Notes under the pieces: generated by a model | The model's database searches: none | What the model was told of the DNA's origin: nothing | What the model saw: only the letters and a program-made list of their open reading frames with translations | Assembly: GCA_023141075.1 (NCBI GenBank) | Contig: JAGLKL010000001.1 | Location: 1 to 33,191 of the forward strand | Source of the DNA: Alphaproteobacteria bacterium | Lineage (GTDB): Bacteria; Pseudomonadota; Alphaproteobacteria; Micavibrionales; Micavibrionaceae | Reading direction: 5' to 3' | Length of the DNA: 33,191 nt | Shown: in pieces, positions 18,816-25,809 of the stretch | How positions within the stretch are numbered: position 1 is the stretch's first letter | Layout of the letters: each line of letters starts with the position of its first letter | Program-made: the position numbers and the translations under genes

Positions 18816-20177
18816 ATGGGTAAACTGTTTGATAAAATGCGATATGCGAAAACCTTAAAGATCATATTGATTTTTATGATCTTTATGGGATCTGTCGTTA
18901 CCGGCATTATCGTTAATCCACCGTCGACACAAGCAGCCTGCTGTCACTGTCCTGATTGCGAGCAGCCTTCCTTCGATGAAGACCTCGATAACTGGCCCCA
19001 TACGGAATTTATGATTACCATCTATATCTGGATGCAGCTTTTATTTCACCAGATGATATGGTTTGACCTTGTATACTGGCAACAACATATGCTGCCCATG
19101 TTTATGCATATTGGTAACCATTTGGCCGGTGTGGGCGCACTTCAAGTCATGATTATTGGACAATTTATCGACGCCCAGCAACACCTTGAAGCGCAGCGTG
19201 ATTTACAAATTATGCATGCACGGGCTCATAAAGATTATCACGCTAGTACAGGCATGTGCGAATTTGCTACACGTATCCAGAGTTTGGCGGCCAGCGAAAG
19301 AAAAGGCGAGGCAAATGCACTTATTTTAAGTGAACGTTCAACAGATCGGCTTTTGGGAAATGTTGATACCGGTGCATGGAGTGGTACAAAAGGAGATGTC
19401 ACAATTCGCCTTGAATTATACCAAAGAGAATTCTGCAATAGTTTTGATAACAATAACAGTTTGTCTGCAATGTGCTCCTCAGGACTGACGCCGCCACTTA
19501 CGGGAGCAAAAAAAGAGCGCCTCAATAAAGATATTGACTATCAAAGAGCCATTGAAGATCCTTGGACCATCGGATTTGATTTAACCGGGGGCGGTGTGCC
19601 GTCACACGGGGATGAGGGAGTGGCTTTAATGGCGAATAACCTTTATGGATATGAATCATTTTCGCGCGTGGATCAGGTGTCTTTGCTTAATTCTCCAGAT
19701 GATGAGACTACGAATGCACAGCAGGCTTATTTAGACCTGCGAGCCATCGTTGCAAAAACCAAAGTCGCGGAAAACAGCTTTAACGCTCTTATGGCGATGA
19801 AAGGGGAAGGAACGGCAGGGTCTCGTGATTATTTGGAATCATATCTGAAAGAGTTGGGCGTTTCCCCAGCTTATGTAACAAAGTATATTGGTGCAAACCC
19901 TAGCTATAACGCACAGATGGAAGTACTGACCAAGAAAGCTTACCAAAACCCGCTCTTTTATACGAATTTATACGGTAAACCGGCAAACGTGGAACGTAAA
20001 GGTGTTGCCATGCAAGCGATTGGACTGATTCAAAAGTTTGATTTGCTCAAAAGCTATTTACGCACCGAAGCGTCGATGTCAGTGCTTTTGGAATTATCGG
20101 TATTTAATCTGCAGCGTCAGGTCGAAGCAAATATCCACTCCTTTGATGAGCAGAGTATGGTGTTAAAACAGAATTGA
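18816..20177 (+). CDS. T4BSS-linked secreted Cys-cluster protein, paralogue 4 of 5
   Basis: N-terminal anchor followed by TQAACCHCPDC. Contains HLEAQRDLQIMHARAHKDYHASTGMC and NPSYNAQMEVLTKKAYQNPLFYTNLYGKPANVERKGVAMQAIGLI. An alternative start is possible at ATG 18837. Confidence 0.8.
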   Translation: MGKLFDKMRYAKTLKIILIFMIFMGSVVTGIIVNPPSTQAACCHCPDCEQPSFDEDLDNWPHTEFMITIYIWMQLLFHQMIWFDLVYWQQHMLPMFMHIGNHLAGVGALQVMIIGQFIDAQQHLEAQRDLQIMHARAHKDYHASTGMCEFATRIQSLAASERKGEANALILSERSTDRLLGNVDTGAWSGTKGDVTIRLELYQREFCNSFDNNNSLSAMCSSGLTPPLTGAKKERLNKDIDYQRAIEDPWTIGFDLTGGGVPSHGDEGVALMANNLYGYESFSRVDQVSLLNSPDDETTNAQQAYLDLRAIVAKTKVAENSFNALMAMKGEGTAGSRDYLESYLKELGVSPAYVTKYIGANPSYNAQMEVLTKKAYQNPLFYTNLYGKPANVERKGVAMQAIGLIQKFDLLKSYLRTEASMSVLLELSVFNLQRQVEANIHSFDEQSMVLKQN

Positions 20178-20198
20178 TGAGAAAACGAGGTATTTATT

Positions 20199-22103
20199 GT
20201 GCACTTAGTTAAGTCAGCAAAACCGGTATTCATAGTTATAGCTATCGTTTTAACGCTGGCCATGCTGTTTGGCGTTCTAACTTTAGGAAAAACGGGAAAT
20301 ATTTTTAAACCTCATAACAATGTTGCCAAGGTTACGTTGCGTAACTTCACTCCCGGAGCACAGGTAGATTACCGTATTTTATCGAGTGCCGGGGTTATTG
20401 CGGAAGAACAGACACAAGTTGATAAGCAAGGAACCTTGTCTCTTCCCATTGATAAAAATGTATTCGCAAAAAATAAGGGCAAAGAAGGAATAATCAAATA
20501 TGAGCTAAATGTTGAAAAACCCGAAATCCTGCAAAAGGGAAAACAAAAAGCCACAGCACTGGAAGAAAGTTCTAAGCCCGATCCTGCGGAACTGCTGAAC
20601 CTCATGCTTGCCCTTAACCCACGTGATGGCGAGATAGATGTTTCGATAAAAGGGCTGGGAGAATTTACGAGCGTCATATCAAAGAAAAATAATCAGGAAC
20701 AACAGCAACTAAGTGCTGACTGGGGCGGAATTTTTAAAACAACCTTGGGCGATTCGAAGGATCAGGGACAAATAAATCCCGATGAGTACAACAAACTGCA
20801 ACTTGTTTTCCAAGGCGCGGGCATACAAAGTGATCTACCGCTTGACTCGACGGGTATGCCTTTGGTCGAGGTGTTTGCACTAACCGGTGCAATTCTTGGT
20901 ATCGCTGGCAGAGACAAGCAAACGGCACAATGGGGCAGCCCGTTTTCTATGATGACCGAAGAGTTTTCGGCAGTTATGGTGCAGCAAACTACAATGATCG
21001 GGATGTTTATTGATGCAAGTGTACAACTGGAAACTCAGCGCAAATTACAAGAACTTCAGGCCAGAGCACATAAAGATTACCATCCCAGCGAGCAAATGTG
21101 CCGCATCGGATCTTACGTGCGCAGTGTTGCCCTCGCCGAAAGTAAGGTAGAATTGGAAAAAACAGCCTTAAACAAATATCTAATTAATCAGTATATGGGT
21201 GTTGTCCATTCATCCACAGCAGGGGGGCCGGATGTTTACGAACCGTTAAAAATACAAAATTATATTGACGATTACTGTCACACTGTAGATAACGGTTCGG
21301 CAATTGAGGCAATATGTGATGCAGTAATTGGTGGGACGACGGCTGCTACATTAGAGCGCATTAACAAAGACATTGATTATACACGCGCAGTGGAAACCAG
21401 GCTGACACTGGACATTAATTTTACGGACGGCATATTGGAGAATGACGAGGAAGACGTTCTTGCTATGGCGCGTTACCTATATTTTCCTACGACATTTAAT
21501 GCCCCCAAACCCGGGGCGCTGACAAAAGACCTCCGTCCTCATTATGAGTCGCGTAGCTTTGCCGCGCAAATGGGCGTAGCTCACAACTCTTTCATCAATA
21601 TCATTGGGATGAAAGCTTCTGCCCCGGAAGGACAGCCGACCACCACCACAGGTGTAGCGCCACCGGCTGCACCATTTGGGACAGGCCCTGCAAATAATAC
21701 GCCGTTTCTCACAACGCGACCGGTGCCTACAGTTTATGCAGAAGATTCAGGATGGGCATATATGAAGGCCATGCTACGCGATGAATTTGGTTTGGCTACA
21801 GTAGATATCGATAAAATACTGGGCGAGCGTCCAAGCTATTACGCACAAATGGAGGTTCTTACCAAAAAGATATATCAGAACCCGAATTTCTATGTCAATT
21901 TGTACGATAAACCAACCAATGTTAAACGAATCGGTGCAGCAATGGATGCTATTTTGCTTATGAATCAACGTGACCGCTTTGAGTCATTGCTACGCCGGGA
22001 AATGCTTACCGCAACATTGATCGAAAACACTCTTTATGACAAAGTTTCTGAAATCAACTCAGGTCTGCTTGAAGAAATGCAGCGTTCCCAAATTAGACAG
22101 TAA
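20199..22103 (+). CDS. T4BSS-linked paralogue 5 of 5, with an extra N-terminal region of about 244 aa and no Cys cluster
   Basis: GTG start with GAGG 9 nt upstream. A signal-anchor (VFIVIAIVLTLAMLFGVLTL) is followed by a unique region, then the family blocks from residue 245 or so (QLETQRKLQELQARAHKDYHPSEQMC ... RPSYYAQMEVLTKKIYQNPNFYVNLYDKPTNVKRIGAAMDAILLM). Confidence 0.8.
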   Translation: MHLVKSAKPVFIVIAIVLTLAMLFGVLTLGKTGNIFKPHNNVAKVTLRNFTPGAQVDYRILSSAGVIAEEQTQVDKQGTLSLPIDKNVFAKNKGKEGIIKYELNVEKPEILQKGKQKATALEESSKPDPAELLNLMLALNPRDGEIDVSIKGLGEFTSVISKKNNQEQQQLSADWGGIFKTTLGDSKDQGQINPDEYNKLQLVFQGAGIQSDLPLDSTGMPLVEVFALTGAILGIAGRDKQTAQWGSPFSMMTEEFSAVMVQQTTMIGMFIDASVQLETQRKLQELQARAHKDYHPSEQMCRIGSYVRSVALAESKVELEKTALNKYLINQYMGVVHSSTAGGPDVYEPLKIQNYIDDYCHTVDNGSAIEAICDAVIGGTTAATLERINKDIDYTRAVETRLTLDINFTDGILENDEEDVLAMARYLYFPTTFNAPKPGALTKDLRPHYESRSFAAQMGVAHNSFINIIGMKASAPEGQPTTTTGVAPPAAPFGTGPANNTPFLTTRPVPTVYAEDSGWAYMKAMLRDEFGLATVDIDKILGERPSYYAQMEVLTKKIYQNPNFYVNLYDKPTNVKRIGAAMDAILLMNQRDRFESLLRREMLTATLIENTLYDKVSEINSGLLEEMQRSQIRQ

Positions 22104-22116
22104 AGCGCTATTTTAT

Positions 22117-23754
22117 CTAGTCTTCTTCTTTTTGCACAGAGAGGCCATAAGGCGTCTCGCTTAGTACATATTCCGGAGCGCGTTTCAGCCCTTTCTTAAA
22201 CAAGATATCAACAGCATTTTTATACGTTCCGCTAATAAAGACATCATAATCGAGGGCATATTCTTTTGTTGCTTTCCAAGCCAAGGGCACGCGTTCTTTT
22301 GCACTCCACTCTTCGATTATCGTCTGCAAGCCGGATTTGCTTTTGGCTTGCCAGATACGGATTTTGTTACTCGGCTTTTCGAGGTAATGAGAGACTTGCT
22401 CCGGCGCTTCTACCACATCTTCTTTAGACACATCAGAAGAAATAGTGATTTGATCCTCGGCATTGCCCATAGAAGAATAATCCGGGATAATTTCGTTTAC
22501 TTGCGAAACGGAGGCTTCCTCTTCCTCAACTAAAGGGACGGAAAGCGGAGCGCTGGTGGCCTCTCCGTCGCTTACCGTTTTCATAGCGGAATCCTTAGAA
22601 TCAGACAGCACTATCTCATCCGTAGCACTTTTTTCAAATGGATTAGCCTCTTCCGGTTTCATCAAATCATCAACCAAAGCAGAAACTGTATTATCATTAT
22701 CTGCTATTTCACTGCCGGTAGCTGTTTTGTCGAGGACAACAGAATTGGTTGTTGTGGGAGCAGAAAGAATACTTTCGCTGCTCACTATTACTTCCGGCAT
22801 TTCTTCTGCATCGATAATTTCCTCAATAAAAAAAGCCTCTCCTTCTATCGAAGGGGTCTTTTCCTCAAGAGCGGCGCTCATAGCCTGTTCAGGCGAAACG
22901 GCAAGTTCTCTCGCGCCGTCTTCTCCAAGCTCTGCTACGGCAAGTTTTTTTATAGGCTCCGAAAATTCATTTTTTTTTTGCGCCGCCTGAGGGGCAGCGG
23001 CTTGTTCAGAATTTTCAGTGTCAGTCTTCAGGACTACCTTTTTATCATGTATGACGGCCTTTATCCCAAGCGGCGAAAGCGCATCATTTAGAACCTCATT
23101 CCACGGTTTTCCGCCCTCCCATGATACACGAGCCCCAAGATTGACACTGTCACTGAAAGAATAGGCATACTTCGCCGGAACAATCTGGCTAAGCGCCAAG
23201 GCCAAAGGTATTTTCATACCAAAGCCTTCTATAACCTCATAAGAAACACCTACACTGACCGGCGGCGAATGCATTTGTACATCAACCTGCCGGTCTTCTT
23301 CCTCAGATGCTGATCCATCATCTTTCACCGATCCATCATCTTTCAGAGGATAGGGGTCAAGGACAAGAGAGCCGACTTTGTTTTGAGGCGCTTCGGTCTC
23401 AACAGCCTCTTCTTTCTTATCTGAGAAATTGATTGTTTTGATTTCGACAGATTTTTCACCATCCCGGTCTGTATCTTGCTCAAGTATTTTAACCTCAATG
23501 GGAGGTTCATCCTCAAAAACAATTTCTTCAAGCCGGATGTCATAATATTCCGGCAACGCACTATCGAGAGCCACGTCCGAAGACATGGCCTCATCATCAA
23601 CTATGAAAACATCCGGACCCGCATCTTCCACATAATCGGGCTCGTCAGGCGGCGTCCATTTAAACTCCGCATGTGCCGGGTTGTTTGTAAATGTACCAAA
23701 AGCAAAAATTGAAATACATGTCGAAAGAAGTAAGCGGTTATATTTTGAACACAT
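22117..23754 (-). CDS. Secreted acidic protein with C-terminal TcpQ/PilL-like domain
   Basis: Start placed at ATG 23754 (MCSKYNRLLLSTCISIFAFGTFTNNPAHA, a signal peptide) rather than the tracked 23835. The C-terminus IRIWQAKSKSGLQTIIEEWSAKERVPLAWKATKEYALDYDVFISGTYKNAVDILF fits the TcpQ-type pattern as I remember it. An internal domain reads GFGMKIPLALALSQIVPAKYAYSFSDSVNLGARVSWEGGKPWNEVLNDAL. Confidence 0.55.
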   Translation of the reverse strand: MCSKYNRLLLSTCISIFAFGTFTNNPAHAEFKWTPPDEPDYVEDAGPDVFIVDDEAMSSDVALDSALPEYYDIRLEEIVFEDEPPIEVKILEQDTDRDGEKSVEIKTINFSDKKEEAVETEAPQNKVGSLVLDPYPLKDDGSVKDDGSASEEEDRQVDVQMHSPPVSVGVSYEVIEGFGMKIPLALALSQIVPAKYAYSFSDSVNLGARVSWEGGKPWNEVLNDALSPLGIKAVIHDKKVVLKTDTENSEQAAAPQAAQKKNEFSEPIKKLAVAELGEDGARELAVSPEQAMSAALEEKTPSIEGEAFFIEEIIDAEEMPEVIVSSESILSAPTTTNSVVLDKTATGSEIADNDNTVSALVDDLMKPEEANPFEKSATDEIVLSDSKDSAMKTVSDGEATSAPLSVPLVEEEEASVSQVNEIIPDYSSMGNAEDQITISSDVSKEDVVEAPEQVSHYLEKPSNKIRIWQAKSKSGLQTIIEEWSAKERVPLAWKATKEYALDYDVFISGTYKNAVDILFKKGLKRAPEYVLSETPYGLSVQKEED

Positions 23755-23956
23755 TTTATCTAATTCCCTAACGGAGTGACAATGCGCACAGCATTCCCAA
23801 GAAAACCATATGCCTCGTGAGGCACAACCAGCCATAGAAGGATATCTTTGTACAAGGCATAATTCAAGAGTTAAGTCATTTTATGACGCTATGTTAAGGC
23901 CATGCGCACTTATTTTCATGCTGGAGAGCTGTAAAATTCGAAAAAGCAGCCCTGTT

Positions 23957-24259
23957 TTATTGTCCGTAATCGACAAATTCATGCAATCTAAAGCCAATGG
24001 TGCTCGGACGGGAACTCCCGATGAGCCAGCAACGAAGTGCCCTTATAGCGGAAGGGAAGGTCAGACCTTTATTTTCAAGAAAATTAAAAACGTAGAAAAC
24101 CATAATGGAGAGAATAATGGTCGACCATCTAAGATATAAAAGCCACACGGGAATCAGGAAAGCCACGCGTGCATCAAAACTCATAAACCGGATGGTACGC
24201 ATGGTATCACGCCAGTGCCAGTTCAGTTTGGCTTCAATGTTTTCAATTTCTTTAACCAT
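23957..24259 (-). CDS. icmT: IcmT (TraK-like) small membrane T4BSS protein
   Basis: 100 aa. HWRDTMRTIRFMSFDARVAFLIPVWLLYLRW...FLENKGLTFPSAIRALRCWLIG matches the IcmT/TraK signature (WRDS.R..RF..D.RA.FP ... G.....L.R.L.G). Confidence 0.8.
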   Translation of the reverse strand: MVKEIENIEAKLNWHWRDTMRTIRFMSFDARVAFLIPVWLLYLRWSTIILSIMVFYVFNFLENKGLTFPSAIRALRCWLIGSSRPSTIGFRLHEFVDYGQ

Positions 24260-24316
24260 AAATCTTTATTACCTCAAAGCTTTGTTTTTACACCGCCTAA
24301 GGGCAGTATAATGCTG

Positions 24317-24343
24317 TAATTGTTAATGAAGCGTTAACAATTA
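24317..24343. promoter_or_regulatory. Perfect 10-bp inverted repeat TAATTGTTAA-N7-TTAACAATTA (operator-like)
   Basis: Read directly from the sequence. It lies 58-84 nt upstream of the icmT ATG and has no flanking T-run, so it is not terminator-like. Confidence 0.5.
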
Positions 24344-24383
24344 ATACAATCGGTTCTTAAGAATATCAAGGAAAGAAAAAAGA

Positions 24384-24402
24384 TTAGGTAGTGTAGTCAC
24401 GT
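24384..24402 (-). promoter_or_regulatory. Motif B copy 2 (minus strand: ACGTGACTACACTACCTAA)
   Basis: Exact 19-nt reverse complement of 13994-14012, 125 nt upstream of the icmT ATG on the coding strand. Confidence 0.75.
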
Positions 24403-24523
24403 ATTACGTACAATTCTTTTTCATTTTACAGAAAAAGAATCAATTTTCTGGCACGCAGGACATGGCACAGCATATTCAAGAGTCAAAAAAGATAATAATT
24501 TGCCTAGCGCAGAATGGATAAAA

Positions 24524-24545
24524 GCTGTGAGTTTAGACCCTGAGC
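24524..24545 (+). repeat. Motif C copy (GCTGTGAGTTTAGACCCTGAGC)
   Basis: Shares GTTTAGACCCT with the 13779 and 27835 copies. It is followed by the 12-bp palindrome CCGTAGCTACGG at 24550-24561. Confidence 0.75.
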
Positions 24546-24610
24546 ATAGCCGTAGCTACGGTGATAAAATTATGCGAAGATAATCAAGAAAATTCCTCAA
24601 GCAAAATGTA

Positions 24611-24636
24611 TTATTCTTAAGTGGAACTACTATAAT
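24611..24636 (+). repeat. Motif A copy (TTATTCTTAAGTGGAACTACTATAAT)
   Basis: Matches 2058-2087 and the reverse complement of 5991-6017. It lies 16 nt 3' of the dotB stop codon. Confidence 0.8.
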
Positions 24637-24638
24637 AT

Positions 24639-24655
24639 GTGACGGCACTACCTAA
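24639..24655 (+). repeat. Motif B-like copy 3 (GTGACGGCACTACCTAA)
   Basis: 15/17 identical to motif B and inverted relative to 24384-24402. Its last 4 nt overlap the dotB stop codon (CTA at 24652-24654). Confidence 0.7.
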
Positions 24656-25809
24656 GCACCCGTGCTCGAAGACAGCATCAAATAGGCTCGTCGGTCGACC
24701 AATCCGTCATCAAAAGCGAGGGCGGCGGATTTTTCCATGGTTCGCCCATATTGGGGAATAAAGCGCTGAATTTCGTTCGGCCATTTGGTAAAATGCATGT
24801 CCATGAGTTTCTCGCGCACCTCATCAGGAAACTTCATCCATTCGCGCACACCGCAACGTCCTCCGCCTATGCGCTGGACAAGGGCTTGTGTGACAATAAG
24901 GCGCAAGGTTTCCATCAAAGCAACGGCGCGTTCTTCACGTTCATCCATTTCATAAGTCGAGAGCATCCGTTGTACTGTGTTAGCAACACCAAGCGTGTGA
25001 GTAGTTGTATACACGGCATGCCCGGTTTGTGCCGCTTCAATCGCGGCGTTGATGGTTTCACGGTCACGAGCCTCTCCGACCAAGATGATTTCAGGCTTAC
25101 GGCGTAAGGCATTACGTACGCCATGCGCAAAATCAGGCAGGTGACGCGGAATTTCTGTTTGCGAGACCAGCGAGCGCGGACTTTGGATCGTGTCATACAC
25201 ATACTCGATAGGCGCTTCGTAAGTCAGCATTTTACCGCAGCCGCGCGGACGTTCCAATAGCATGCGGTTGCCTGCTGCCAGCAACGTGGTTTTACCGGAG
25301 CCTGTCGGGCCTGTTATAATAACAAGTCCTTGGCGCGGTGCCCAATTATCACAGATTTCTTCCTCAATATTCAGATCTTTCATGGTCGGCGGTTCACTGG
25401 GAAGACTACGCATAGTGATCTGTGCACCATCGCGCCCTTTGACCAAAATCGCTGTGATATTCACACGAAAGCGAATACGGACATAACGGTCGGGGCGAAG
25501 TTCATAGGAAACGTCTAAGTCTCTACCTGAAGCCAAACGAGCCCGCGCCTCAGCGCCATAGAGCCTTTCCAAAAATACGGACATATCAGCGGCATCTAAT
25601 TTACGGAAGGTCGCCGGATAAAGATCACCGCCGATTTCACTATAAACCGGGCGCTCGGATTGGATCGTAATATCAGACGCGTTTTGTTTGACACACCAGA
25701 GAAGAAACTCATCGACGTCATCGGTTGTAAATCTTTGCGGTTCATTTGGCCAGGTTTGGGCGCTAGAATCCTCGGCTTTTACAAGACTTACCGGCTTGCG
25801 GGCTTCCAT
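24652..25809 (-). CDS. dotB: DotB, PilT/VirB11-class hexameric secretion ATPase
   Basis: 385 aa. Walker A GPTGSGKTT, Walker B-type ILVGEARD, the N-terminal DITIQSERPVYSEIGG pattern, and HAVYTTTHT. The start overlaps the dotC 3' end by 22 nt. Confidence 0.9.
   Translation of the reverse strand: MEARKPVSLVKAEDSSAQTWPNEPQRFTTDDVDEFLLWCVKQNASDITIQSERPVYSEIGGDLYPATFRKLDAADMSVFLERLYGAEARARLASGRDLDVSYELRPDRYVRIRFRVNITAILVKGRDGAQITMRSLPSEPPTMKDLNIEEEICDNWAPRQGLVIITGPTGSGKTTLLAAGNRMLLERPRGCGKMLTYEAPIEYVYDTIQSPRSLVSQTEIPRHLPDFAHGVRNALRRKPEIILVGEARDRETINAAIEAAQTGHAVYTTTHTLGVANTVQRMLSTYEMDEREERAVALMETLRLIVTQALVQRIGGGRCGVREWMKFPDEVREKLMDMHFTKWPNEIQRFIPQYGRTMEKSAALAFDDGLVDRRAYLMLSSSTGA

Noticed and set aside
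22104-22116. Expected bidirectional terminator between the convergent paralogue 5 and the TcpQ-like gene
   Set aside because: Only 13 nt separate the two stop codons and no hairpin can be drawn there. Any terminators must lie inside the opposing coding regions, and I could not identify one confidently.
23755-23835. 27-codon N-terminal extension of the TcpQ-like ORF (MAGCASRGIWFSWECCAHCHSVRELDK)
   Set aside because: The internal Met at 23754 is followed immediately by a textbook signal peptide, whereas the extension would bury it. The Cys-rich look of the extension is probably fortuitous.
24462-24521. 19-codon plus-strand ORF (MAQHIQESKKIIICLAQNG) in the dotB-icmT spacer
   Set aside because: No RBS, opposite orientation to all neighbouring genes, and no recognisable features.
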